In this document: piece by piece, positions 40,756-52,163 of the stretch
Position numbering within the stretch: the first letter of the stretch is position 1
Layout of the letters: each line of letters starts with the position of its first letter
NCBI RefSeq assembly: GCF_001194135.2
Contig: NC_068983.1
Coordinates: 137,250,945-137,314,944 of the forward strand
DNA: 64,000 bases
Direction: 5' to 3'
Source: Octopus bimaculoides
Lineage: Eukaryota
The notes under the pieces: generated by a model
What the model was told of the DNA's origin: nothing
Seen by the model: only the letters and a program-made list of their open reading frames with translations
Database searches by the model: none
Made by a program: the position numbers and the translations under genes

Positions 40756-41284
40756 TCTAGCTGAGGAAAAAGAGGCTGTGTGGTGGACCCATCTGAAAAG
40801 TTTGAAGACAAGCACTTTCCTATCTGGTCAAGCTTTAATCAATTTCTCCAAATATCATTGAAGAGGAAGGTGCTGCCATCTAGTGTGTTTATCAAAAGGT
40901 GGACAAGAGTGGTAAGACTGGTGAGACTGAATGCATCTACAGTGAGTATGCTTTTAAGTAGGAGAAAAGAAACTGGAAGCGGGCACTCTCCATGCCTTGG
41001 AGATGGCAGAGTAATCTGGGTCTTTTGCATGACGTTTTCTGAATTACCCTACATGGACTGCCCTGGTCTTGGGGATTCTATTTATTTATTTCTCTAATTT
41101 CTATTTATATAGCCTTTGTTATAGCCTTTAATCTTGCAGTGTCTACCTTTGATGAATGCAAACTCCACCTGTTTTTGTGTGTTGTATCTTGTCCTTTAAT
41201 TTGTCCTCCATGTCTTGGGCCTTTGTGGCCTATAAAAGAAATTATTATTATTATCATTATTATTATTATTATTATTACTACAAG

Positions 41285-43946
41285 GCAGGGTGCTGGCAGA
41301 ATCATTACTGTACTGAACAAAATGCTTAATGGCATTTCATCCAGCTTTATGTTCTGATACCACTGATGTTGACTTTGCCTTTCATCCTTTCAGAGTCAAT
41401 AAATTAAGTACCAGTCAAGCATCAAGACCGACGTGATCAACTAATCCTCTCCTCTAACGTTTCAGCCCTTGTGCCTATAGTAGAAAGGATTATATTGTTA
41501 TCATTATTATTATTGAGTGAAAGAGCAACGTATGCCATCAAAGTGACACTGGGATACAAATACATGAAACCCAATATACCCATCATGACTACTTGTCTAA
41601 TAAGAGTACACTAGGCACATGCATCACAACCATTTGTGCATGATATGATTATTATTATTATTCAATAAATTAAGTACCAGTGAAACACTGGGATCGATTA
41701 AATAGACTAGTCCCCCTCACCCAAAATTTCAAGCCTTGTGCCTACAGTAGAAAGGGTTGTTGTTGTTGTTGTTGTTGCAGACATCACACAGTATCCAATA
41801 TTGTGATATTGTAGATTGAAGATATTGTGTGTACTGGGGATCTGTACTGTCTGTCAAGTCACAAGAACTTCAGACAGACAGTACTTTACGCAGTATGTTC
41901 TAAGTAAAGCTGATTTTTTGCAAAACACCAAGATTGTAGGGTATTTTTTAAGTGTCCAGACGTTTCTTCAGGTTGGGTGGTATTGAACCCAATGCTCTGA
42001 TGACAACAGGAACAACCTTTACATTTGACTCTTACAGCTGCCACATCTTGGTGATCTCAATTTTCAGGTCTCCATATTTGTTGACATTTTCTCTTTTTTT
42101 CATGATAATATGCTGATCTGGCATGAGTTGGCAGAATCATTAGCATACTGGGCAAAATGCTTAGCGTCATTTCATCCATCTTTATATTTTGAGTTCAAAT
42201 TCTGCCTAAGTGGATTTTACCTTCCATCCTGTCAGAGTTAATAAAATAAATAGCGTCTACCATTCTAATAATTTTATCAATCTACTGGTCTTAATAATAC
42301 TACCAACAACAACAATGATAATAATAATGGTTTCACATTTTGGCACAAAGTCAGCAAGTACTGCCTTCCTGAGCTAAAAATTGTGGTAGAGGCCTCAGTC
42401 TCAGGACCACTTATGTCCAGAAACTGAGGTTAGGGGTAAGCAAGGGCATGCTCCCCATAGAAAATCCAGCTCCAAAAAAGCCTCATGATAGCAAAGGAGA
42501 AAGGGCACCAGCCAGTCCAAAGGTTGGGGTGGGCTGCACTTGCCTACTTCGGTTGCTATGGCATTGAGGTAGATCCAGCCACCCCCATTAACAGGGACAA
42601 AACCTGGATTTAAAACACTGGATGATGATGATGGATGTCCAGACGTTTTTTGAGGTTGGGTGGCATTAAACCCAGTGTTCTGATGATAACAAGAACAACC
42701 TTTACATTTGACTTTCACAGCTGCCACATCTTGGTGATCTCAATTTTCAGGTCTCCATATTTGCAAAAAATCAGCTTTACTTGGAACATACTGCATACTG
42801 TGTAAAGTATTGTCTGTCTGAGGTCCTTGTGTCTCGACAGACAGTACTTGCCGACCTTGTACCAAAATGTGAAACCATTATTATTATTATCATTGTTGTT
42901 GTTGGTAGTGTTATTAAGGCCAATAGATTGATAAAATTAGTAGAATGGTAGACAAAATACTATTATATTTTGTTGCATGTATCCCTTTACATTGTTAGTC
43001 CAAAGAGGCTTTGGTAACAAAATTTTAAGAAAATTGATGGTGGTTCTGTATATTTGTACATATTATTATTTTTTATTTTTTTGTTACAGAGGCAATCAAT
43101 ACTTGACTCAAAATCTGGTCACTTAGATAATATAATTCATAGTATAAAGACTCTACTAATGTGCTGAAATATCTAAAAATCAAATGAAATATTTTTAAAA
43201 TAACTATTATGATTTATCAGTTAAAACAATTATGCAATTGCTTATTATTTTCAGATGGTGAGGAATTATTGCAGAAAAACACAACAGGGTTCATGGCACA
43301 AAGAAAATCTTCAAGGAGCTATTATGGCTGTCTTGAAAGGAGAGCTGGGTTACATGAAAGCTTCTAAACTATTTAGCATTCCAAAAACAACATTAATCCG
43401 TTATGTAAAGAAACATAAGAACTTGATGATGGTAAGTGTTAAAGTTTATTTATTTTAGCAATTACAAGGAAAAAATTCCGTTTTCTACCGAGAAGTGGCT
43501 TTGTTTTATTGACAAGTCAAATATTGTTGATACATTTGAGTCAGGTATCAGAAATGCTTAGCAACAAAATGTTTAAAGCACTTCTTCCAGCTTTACATTC
43601 TAACTTCAAATACTGCCAAAGTGAACTTTGCTTTTGTCCTTTCAGAGTTGATAAAATGAGTACCATATGAGCACTAGAGCCAATGTAATGACCTATCTTC
43701 CTCCCAAAGGATTATTGTCATTGAAGGTAATAGACTGACAGAATCACTGGAACATCAGATAGAATATTTATAACTGTATTTATTCCAGCTTTCTTCAGGT
43801 TGCATTCAAGTCCCAACAAGATCAACTTTACCTTTCGTGTTTTCAAGATTGGTAAAATAAATATGTTAACTACTGAGTTGGACTGGGTATAAGCTAAGCT
43901 CCCTTCTCCAATTCAAAATCACCCATATTGTGCTTAAATTAGAAAC

Positions 43947-44003
<57 letters not shown>

Positions 44004-45900
44004 CATCATCATTACTATTAAATCATGACCTCATGATTGTGTTGTACTCACAATCGCAAGATTATGGTTTCAATACCTAGACCAAATGGTGCATTGTGTT
44101 CTTGAGCAAAACACTTCATCTCATTGCTCTGTGATAACTTTGACACCTGACATATGGTACGCCATGCACCTCTTCAGGCAGTGTCAATTTAATGGAAGGT
44201 GTGAGCTAAGGTACAGCACATACATTTGCTCGTTATAAACAACCCATTTGTGCAGGTCATTTGGCAAAAGCTGAACATTCATACATCATATTCAACGGCA
44301 GAGTCTGTCATTATTACTATTACTATTATTGACCCTGGTAACAATCAAGTACTGGAGTCAACTTGTTCCCCCCACTCAAAAACTGCTAGCTCTGTGCCAA
44401 AATTTAAAACCATTATTATTATTATATTCAAATTCCACCGGGGTCAACTTTGCCTTTCATCCTCTTGGGGTCAATATAATATGTACCAGTTAAACTCTGG
44501 AGTTGATGTAATTAACTTAACCCTTCCCCATAATTGCTGGCCTTGTGCCAAAATTTGAAACCATTATTATTATTATTATAAGGCAGTGAGCTGGCAGAAT
44601 CGTTAGCACACCGGGCAAAATGTTTAGCAGCATTTCATCCATCTTTACACTCTCAATTCAAATTCCACCAAGGTTGACTTTGCTTTTCATCCTTTTGGGG
44701 TCAATAAATTAAGTACCAGTCAAGTACTGAGGTTAATGTAATCGACTAGTCTCCTCCTCCAAAATTCCAGGCCTTGTGCCTTTTGTAAAAAGGTTGATTA
44801 TTATTATTATTATTATTACTATCATGATAATTAAGTGTTAGATAGCTGGACAAAACAATTTTGTTCACCTCTACATTATGAGTTCAAATTCCACTGGGAT
44901 CAACTTTAACTTTCATCCATTCAGGGTTGATAAAATAAGTACCAGCTGAGCACTGGGGTCAATGTCATGGACTAAACCCTCCTCTTAAAATTGCTGGCCT
45001 TGTGCCAAAATTTAAAACAATCATTATTAGGAGCAAGAGATTTATAAAATAGTGGACAAAATACCTTACTATATTTTGTAATATCCCTTTAGATTCTTAG
45101 TTCAAATCACTTTGTGCTCATCTTTCATGCTTCCAGGGTAGATTGAATGAATACCAGTGTATCAACTGTTTCTTTAGAAAAAAATTAATGGCTTTGTGTC
45201 TATATTAGAAACAATTGATATCACTGAGGTGGAGAAGGAAGTACTGCTGCCTAGTAAATTTGTTAAAAGAGTAACAGAAATGACCTCAGTGAATAGGCCT
45301 ACTTTTAGCATGTGCCTGTAAGCTGGAAATGATAGATGTGATAGGAGGAGAACTTTACATTTCATCCTTCCAGGATAAAATAAAGTATATTCAAGTATAC
45401 TGGGATCAATTTAATTGACTAACCCCTTTCCATGAATTTCTGGTCTCCTGTCTGAGTTAGAAATGATTACTAAGAACAGTAAAATTGATAAACCATTGAA
45501 CAGAATGTTTTGTGATATTTAGTTACACTTTTCACATTCTGAGTTCAAACTCAGCTTGGGGCAACTTTATCTTTCCAGGACTGATACAATAAATACTAAT
45601 CAAGTATTAGGGTTGGTTTAATTGATGTCTATGTAACATATTATTATAGTGGAGGCGTCAAGCTGGTAGAATTGTTAGCACACTGGACGAAATGCTTGGT
45701 GGTATTTTACCCGTCGTTATGTTTTGAGTTCAAATTCTGCCAAGGTCAACTTTGCCTTTCATCCTTTTGGGGGTCAATGTAATTCCCCAAAATTTCAGAC
45801 CTTGTGCCTTTAATAGAAAGGATTATCATAGTAGAATTACAGTCCAAATCCAGCTGAAGTCACATTTGTTTTCCATCCTTCTGAGTTTGATAAAATATTT
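41285..45900 (+). mobile_element. cluster of about 10 co-oriented family-B SINE copies (200-220 bp, (ATT)n tails)
   Basis: Repeated aaggc.gtgagctggcagaat..ttagca...gagttcaaatt..gaggt..actttgcctttcatcct...aagtaccagt...ccttgtgcc...attattatt, for example at 41290, 42115, 43540, 44580, 44870 and 45655. Confidence 0.9.
43255..43431 (+). CDS. pipsqueak-type HTH exon (59 codons, ATG at exon start, phase-0 donor)
   Basis: ttattttcag|ATG...ATG|GTAAGT. Peptide MVRNYCRKTQQGSWHKENLQGAIMAVLKGELGYMKASKLFSIPKTTLIRYVKK is typical of the HTH_psq N-terminus of pogo-like transposases. Intact amid decayed SINEs. Confidence 0.85.
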
Positions 45901-46949
45901 TTTTTTGTAGTTTTAGCTCAGAGCTGTGGCCATGCTGGTTCTCTTACTCTTCTCATTCACTCCTAGAACCTCTGTCTCCCTCATTCCTACCCACCTTGTA
46001 CCTTCAAAGTCCACTCTGACACTATCTCCAATTTCCAGCTTCACATCATCCCCAACCGCTTTTCTAAAACATGAGTGATCATATAGCTACTCTTCAGCAA
46101 GAAACCTGTTCAGCTCCAGCCCTTTTCCCTCATATTTTATTCCTCTCTATTCTTTATTCTCCTAACAAAGTTCCTCCTTCTCACTCAAGGTTTGTAGTCT
46201 TGCAAGCTGCATGGTAACTTCACTAGTGCTCATTGAAAAAAAGCATCTAGTACACACAGTGAAGTGGTTTTATGAAGAGGCAGCTGTAGAAACCATGCTA
46301 AAGCTGACACTGGAGCATGATGCAGTCCTTGACTCATCAGATCCTGTCAAACTGTTCGGCCTATGCCAGCATGGAACATGGACATTAAAATGATGATGAC
46401 ATATTTGTGTGTGTGTGTGTGTTTCATTATCACCATCATCAACCTTTAATGCCTGTTTACCATGCTGGCAGGGGTTGGATGGTTTGACCAGAAAGCTGCA
46501 CCAGGTTCCAGTCTGATTTAGTTTGGTTTCTATGGTTGGATGCCCTTCCTAATGCCAACCACTTTACAGTGTGTGCTGAGTGCTTTTACATGGTACTGGC
46601 ACTGGAACAGGACTCTTGCAAGCTGGTCTTCTTCACCAAGAGATGCAGCCTTAACACTTCTGCTGTGGAGTACGGGATTTCTTCAGTATAGCAAGGTGCT
46701 AGGTCTTTTGTTATCTCATCTGAATGGTTCAGCATTCTGAGGTTGTTAATTCAAAGGCCAAGAGTTTTGTGCATTAGCACTTATCAAACTTATCATCACC
46801 AAACCTATGTATATATATATGTGAGGATCAGCTGAAAAGTTCATAAGATTCAGCACCATAAAGCAATGTTGTCAAGACCACTGACTTCTTTACATTGACT
46901 GTTCCAAAGCCTATGATAAAGCTTACCAAAAGCAGAGTTAGCCTTCCTG

Positions 46950-47950
46950 ATTCTGGACTCAATTTCTTTATCCATCTTCGCATCATTGGATACAATGGAA
47001 CCAAGAACAGTTTTTAATGTTTTCCCATCAACATATACAATGGAGGCAACAGTGGGAAGATGGTCAAGAATGAGCTGATGGACAAGATCAGTTTTTTTTT
47101 TATGCTGATGGTCAGATCAAAAGCCTTCGATGCACATGAAAAGTTGTTTAAAATCCATTGCATGTCCTCAAGAGTGCAAGCTACAAGTGCACAATCATCT
47201 GCAAAGAGCAAATCTTGAACTATTTGTACCAAAATCATAGTTTTTGCTTTGAAGTGCTGTTGGTTGAACAAGCCACCACCAGTTCTGTACTCAAACTTTA
47301 CTCCTTTTTTAACACCTACGAACATTGTTTCCAACATGATGGAGAAATACAAAGCAAATAAGAGTAGTGCAAGAACACAGCCTTGTTTCATCCCATTTGA
47401 GACTGTGACTGAATCAGACACTTACCTGCTAGATCTAACAGAAGCCATCATCCCTTAATGGAAAGAAATGATGACATTGAGCATTATTTCAAGAACACCT
47501 AGCTTTCTAAGGACAACCAAAAGAACATCCCTAGATATAGTGTCAAAAGCTTTAGTTAGATCTACAAAAGTAACAAAAACGTCTTGGTTGTGCTCACAAA
47601 CCTTTTCCTGCAGCTGCCTTAGGCTAAAAATCATATCTACTGTGCCTCTACCAGCCCAAAATCCACACTGAGATTCAGGCAACACTAAGCTGGCAAGGAC
47701 ATCATTTAGTCTGTGTAAGATAAAGCCTTCCAAGGATCTTCCCGGCAACACACAAAAGGGAGATACCTCTATGGTTGTCACATTTGTTGTCTTTATCCAT
47801 ATAAAGATGGACAATAGAAGTGTCTTTAAACTCCTGTGGGACTGATCTTGATTCCCAGATTAAGAAGAGTTTATGTAACTTGTTCTGCAGGTGACTGCTA
47901 CCATATTTATATATCTCAGCTGATATGCCATTATTCCCAGACAATGCACA
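46950..47950 (-). mobile_element. RTE (BovB-like) LINE RT relic
   Basis: NHRGISLLCVAGKIL, LPESQCGFWAGRGTVDMIFSLRQLQEK...FVDLTKAFDT, GMKQGCVLALLLF and LLFADDCAL. Confidence 0.92.
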
Positions 47951-48039
47951 CTCTCTCCATCAAAAGAGCATTTACCTGTACTTGTGTACAGTGTGTCACG
48001 TGTCAGATGTTAAATCGATTGTAGATTTGAAAGAAATGA

Positions 48040-48578
48040 AGCTGGATGTGTAATGTCAGTGTACATGCACAACAGTGTCTTGAGAGAAAAGTTGGGCATA
48101 AGAGGCATCAGATGTGGTGTGCAAGAGAGACGACTGCACTGGTATTGTCATGTGATGTGTACAGATGAGGACAGCTGTGTGAAAATGTGCCAAACTCTAA
48201 CAGTGAAGGGAGCGTGTGGAAGAGGTAGACCCAGGAAGACATGGGACGAGGTGGTGAAGCATGACCATTGGGCCTCACAGAGGCAATGACAAGTGACCAA
48301 AACTTTTGGCGATATGTTGTCATTGAGGAGACCATCAAGCCAAGTGAAATCATAAGTGTGGCCAATGCCAGTGTCGCATAACTGGTACCCATGCTGGTGG
48401 CACATAAAAAGTACCCACTACACACTTGGAGCGGTTGGCGTTAGAAAGGGCATCCAGCCACAGAAATCATGCCAAATCAGACTGGAACCTGGTGCAGCTC
48501 CCCAGCTTACCAGTTTTCAGTCAAACCACCCAAGCCATGCCAGCATGGAAAACGGACGTTAAATGAAGATGATGATAT
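48040..48578 (+). mobile_element. RTE LINE 3' end with 3' UTR and (GAT)n tail. Solo tails of this family at 46400-46620, 55690-56175, 58250-58500 and 63955-64000 (all minus)
   Basis: LREKLGIRGIRCGVQERRLHWYCHV...GRGRPRKTWDEVVKHD, then ggttggcgttag.aagggcatccagc...ccatgccagcatggaaaacggacgttaaa-(gat)n. Confidence 0.85.
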
Positions 48579-48579
48579 A

Positions 48580-50277
48580 TCTTAATATATAAAGCTGAAG
48601 TTGTGTGTCTGTGTGAAGCCTTTTTGAAAGTTTATAGAAATCCACATTTTCCACTTTTTCGTAAAAATTTTTACATCAATGGAATTTTATTGAACTTTCC
48701 AGTGCAGTAATTAGATTTTTTAAATTCCGTTTACTTTGTGTGATTTAAGGGAGATTTGGCTGTTGTTTCTAGCAACTTTTATATTTCTTCCCTTCTACCT
48801 GTACACACAATCATTGACTACAATATAACTCATGTTCATCAATGTTTGGTAAATATACCACGATTTTCAANNNNNNNNNNNNNNNNNNNNNNNNNNNNNN
48901 NNNNNNNNNNNNNNNNNNNNNNNNNNNNNNNNNNNNNNNNNNNNNNNNNNNNNNNNNNNNNNNNNNNNNNNNNNNNNNNNNNNNNNNNNNNNNNNNNNNN
49001 NNNNNNNNNNNNNNNNNNNNNNNNNNNNNNNNNNNNNNNNNNNNNNNNNNNNNNNNNNNNNNNNNNNNNNNNNNNNNNNNNNNNNNNNNNNNNNNNNNNN
49101 NNNNNNNNNNNNNNNNNNNNNNNNNNNNNNNNNNNNNNNNNNNNNNNNNNNNNNNNNNNNNNNNNNNNNNNNNNNNNNNNNNNNNNNNNNNNNNNNNNNN
49201 NNNNNNNNNNNNNNNNNNNNNNNNNNNNNNNNNNNNTTTGGTAAATATACCACGATTTTCATTAGGGTGTTAGTGTTAGGGTTTATGTATCACTCTCTCC
49301 CCCCCTCTTTTACTCTTACTCTCTAAATTATATGTTGAGCGCATAATTACTGCACTGGAAAGTTCACATCGAAAAAATTCCATTGATGTAAACATTTTTA
49401 AATTCCGTTTACTTTGTGTGATTTAAGGGAGATTTGGCTGTTGTTTCTAGCAACTTTTATATTTCTTCCCTTCTACCTGTACACACAATCATTGACTACA
49501 ATATAACTCATGTTCATCAATGTTTGGTAAATATACCACGATTTTCAATAGGGTGTTAGGGTTAGGGTTTAAGGTTAGGATTAGGGTTAGTGTTACGGTT
49601 TTAGGGTTAGGGTTAGGATTTTAAGGTTACGGTTAGGGTTTAGGGTTAGTGTTAGGTTTAGGGTTTTAGGGTTAGGGTTGGGTAATCGTGCGGGTGTTAA
49701 TCTGAAAAATTACAGAAATGTGAAAATTACCGACCCTGCCATCTATTATAACTTTGTTGTTCTATTTAATGTATACATAGATTATGCCTCCAAACAAGAG
49801 AGTTTGCTGGGGAAAGAAAGCAACCAGTTTAAAATGACAGCAACAGACTGCAGCAATTCACCACATTCCAGAAGCTACTTTGAACATAATGCAAAGTGGT
49901 GCATCAACATATTCTACCTAATCTGATAGAATTATGGCAAAACTGTGTAGCAACAGATCGCCAGCAATTGCTTCATCAGAAATTGCCATCCTACCTCCTG
50001 CTAAAAGAGATTACCCTGCTATATATAATCAGGGCAGCGCAAAAAGTTTGTTTTGCACAAGCATTTCTACAGCCAATTAGACGGATGAAATTTACGTACG
50101 CTTAATAATGTTACGCAAAACAGCCTTCAGACTTTCCCTATTAATTTTATCGTCTTTTGAATTATGAACATATTTACATCATAAGGGTTTTTTCTTTTTA
50201 GTTGATTTTCACCTAGCAAGACTTATCGTAGATGGTGTAATAAGTCACACCCGGACAAGGTCGGGTTATACTGCTAG
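48580..50277 (+). mobile_element. non-autonomous Helitron (about 1.7 kb)
   Basis: A|TCTTAATATATAAAG 5' end. 3' hairpin acccggacaaggtcgggt 7 nt before CTAG|T. No TSD. Contains an internal duplication (about 48640-48870 vs 49330-49550). Confidence 0.8.
49548..49685 (+). repeat. degenerate interstitial (TTAGGG)n tract inside the Helitron
   Basis: About 20 TTAGGG-like units with variants (ttaggat, ttagtg, ttacgg, tttaggg). Confidence 0.9.
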
Positions 50278-50478
50278 TATTTATATATATTAACGTAAAT
50301 CCTAAAGATGCATACACACACACATATATACATACATTCGTTAGAATTAGATATCGGATAAACCGGTCGAAATCTGAATTAAGCGAGAGACTGACAATGT
50401 TGATTTACACCGCCATTTCACTATTAATGTTTCTCCTTGCAATTTCCTTTCGCATTTCTGGGATTAGATATCTTTCAG

Positions 50479-50980
50479 CCTCGTGATATACACGATGGCT
50501 TCAAGGGAAAGTAAGAAGCCAAGGAAAAAGCATGCTACTCTATCTGTGATCCAGAAACTGGAACTTATAAAGAAGTTAGAGGCTGGTGCTTCGGTGAGGA
50601 GTATTTGTACTCAGTATGGTATCAAAAAACAAACAGTTTCAGGCATACGCAAGGCTAAGGACAAACTTACTACATTTTCTTTGAAATATAATGTTGCTGC
50701 AAATTCTAAACTATCTGTTGGTGCAAGGAAGCGTATGAGAGTTGCAAAAGATTCAAATCTTGAGGAAGCTGTGACGAAGTGGTTTATCCATCAACGATCT
50801 TGTGGTAATAACGTCCGTGGTGTGGAAATCCAAAGTGCTGCTGTCAAGTTAGCTAGGGACATGGGCGTCGACAATTTTGTAGCTAGTGATGGGTGGTTAT
50901 GGCGATTTAGAAATCGCCATGGAATGTGTAAAAAAATTACCACTGGAGAAGCAGGTAGCCCATCAACCGGGGAACTTACG
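50479..50980 (+). CDS. CENP-B/Tigger (pogo) double-HTH exon. ATG at 50495, 162 codons, phase-0 donor
   Basis: tatctttcag| acceptor. RKKHATLSVIQKLELIKKLEAG..IKKQTVSGIRK (CENP-B_N), then LEEAVTKWFIHQRSCG..VRGVEIQSAA..FVASDGWLWRFRNRHGM (HTH_Tnp_Tc5). Ends ACG|GTATGA. No DDE domain follows. Confidence 0.85.
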
Positions 50981-51204
50981 GTATGAACTTTTTATTTAAT
51001 TTTATGTATTAACGTTAAATAATTTTAAAAGCAGAATTTATACTTGCATAGTTATATATTCTTACAGTATGTACTCAAATTTTGCATATACTTCCAATAT
51101 CATGTACGTATACAATATTAAATTCTACCATCGGTTAATTCGGACATTTGACTAAAACGGACATCCCCCCCCCCCCATTAGTTTGCTTCAATGAGGAGGA
51201 ACTG
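50981..51204 (+). mobile_element. 3' end of an internally deleted Tigger/pogo element
   Basis: ggttaattcggac...aaacggaca-(c)n-cattag...ACTG followed by TA resembles a Tigger right end. The catalytic region is absent. Confidence 0.55.
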
Positions 51205-51300
51205 TATATACAAGACACCCTTCAACTTTTAATATATGTTTATTTTTTTCATTCATTCAAAGCTGTTTATTCATTTTGTTGCTACTCAGCATTTCTCATT

Positions 51301-51400
51301 TGCATGCGTTCGTTCAGATGAGACATTTAGGGTTCGGTTTAGAAGTATCAGTGTTCGTTTCTTAAAGGGGTATGTTGTTAAGACTGAATGAACGCATGCA
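51301..51400. repeat. small foldback: 17-bp arms around a ttagggtt-containing core
   Basis: tgcatgcgttcgttcag / ctgaatgaacgcatgca (16 of 17 positions match). Confidence 0.8.
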
Positions 51401-51489
51401 CGCGGAAACTCGGAGTAGCCTTAGAGTGAATCATCAGTTTGGAATGTCAAAATATAGGTTAATACATACACGTACACGAATTTGATGCT

Positions 51490-51545
51490 ATTTCTCTGTC
51501 GCCATATTTCAGTCGATGAAATAAATTTCCGGCGCCATTTTTTGG
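51490..51545 (+). promoter_or_regulatory. candidate promoter with two YY1-type motifs upstream of the FLYWCH exon
   Basis: CGCCATATT at 51500-51508 and CGCCATTTT at 51533-51541 in a CpG-retaining segment. A similar CCGCCATTT lies at 50410, before the CENP-B exon. Confidence 0.5.
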
Positions 51546-51757
51546 ATTAAGTCGTCATAATTTTACACTCTGTAACTGTATTCACGACTTGCACAGAAAG
51601 AACGGAATTTTTTTCAAATAGGAGACGATTGATTTCAGTATAATGTATTCATTTTATTTACAAATTTAAAATTTACTCTTAATTTCAAACTGTCATTTTA
51701 AAGATTCGGTTACTTCGTTTGGTTACAAGCGGCCTAGGAAATAAACAGGGTTTCCAG

Positions 51758-52163
51758 AATGGAGCAAAACCCATATAACGGTATATGGATTCCTGTAACA
51801 GACGGTCACGACAAAGTGATGTACGAAGGATATATTTTCAATTATGAAAAAATGAGTAAAACAGATGAAGACACACGCTTTTACTCATGTTACAGAAAAA
51901 AATCGTTGCGTTGTAAAGCAAGGTTGCACATCTGTAACAACACAATAACAAAATTGCACAAGACTCACAACCACACTGAAGATTCGGCGAACATTGAGAA
52001 AAGTAGTAAGTTTAGAGCGGAAGGAGAGATGATACGAGCGATGGAATCACATGCAACAAGATTATCTGTCGCGAATAACAGTCACATTTCAACAATATCT
52101 GTCCCAGAAATACTGGCTATCACAAATTCTCCTGGATGTATAAGACAAAGAAACACGAACAAA
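51758..52163 (+). CDS. FLYWCH zinc-finger exon (MULE-type). ATG at 51759, 135 codons, phase-0 donor
   Basis: KVMYEGYIFNYEK...RFYSCYRKKSLRCKARLHICNNTITKLHKTHNH, followed by a MULE-like linker. Ends AAA|GTAAGT. Confidence 0.85.

Noticed and set aside
40770-41090. Possible LINE fragment on the minus strand
   Set aside because: The motifs are too degenerate to assign.
48640-49550. Internal Helitron duplication as a biological tandem repeat
   Set aside because: The copies flank an N gap and are near-identical, so contig overlap cannot be excluded.
49548-49685. True telomere or chromosome-fusion scar
   Set aside because: It is short, degenerate, single orientation and lies inside Helitron termini.
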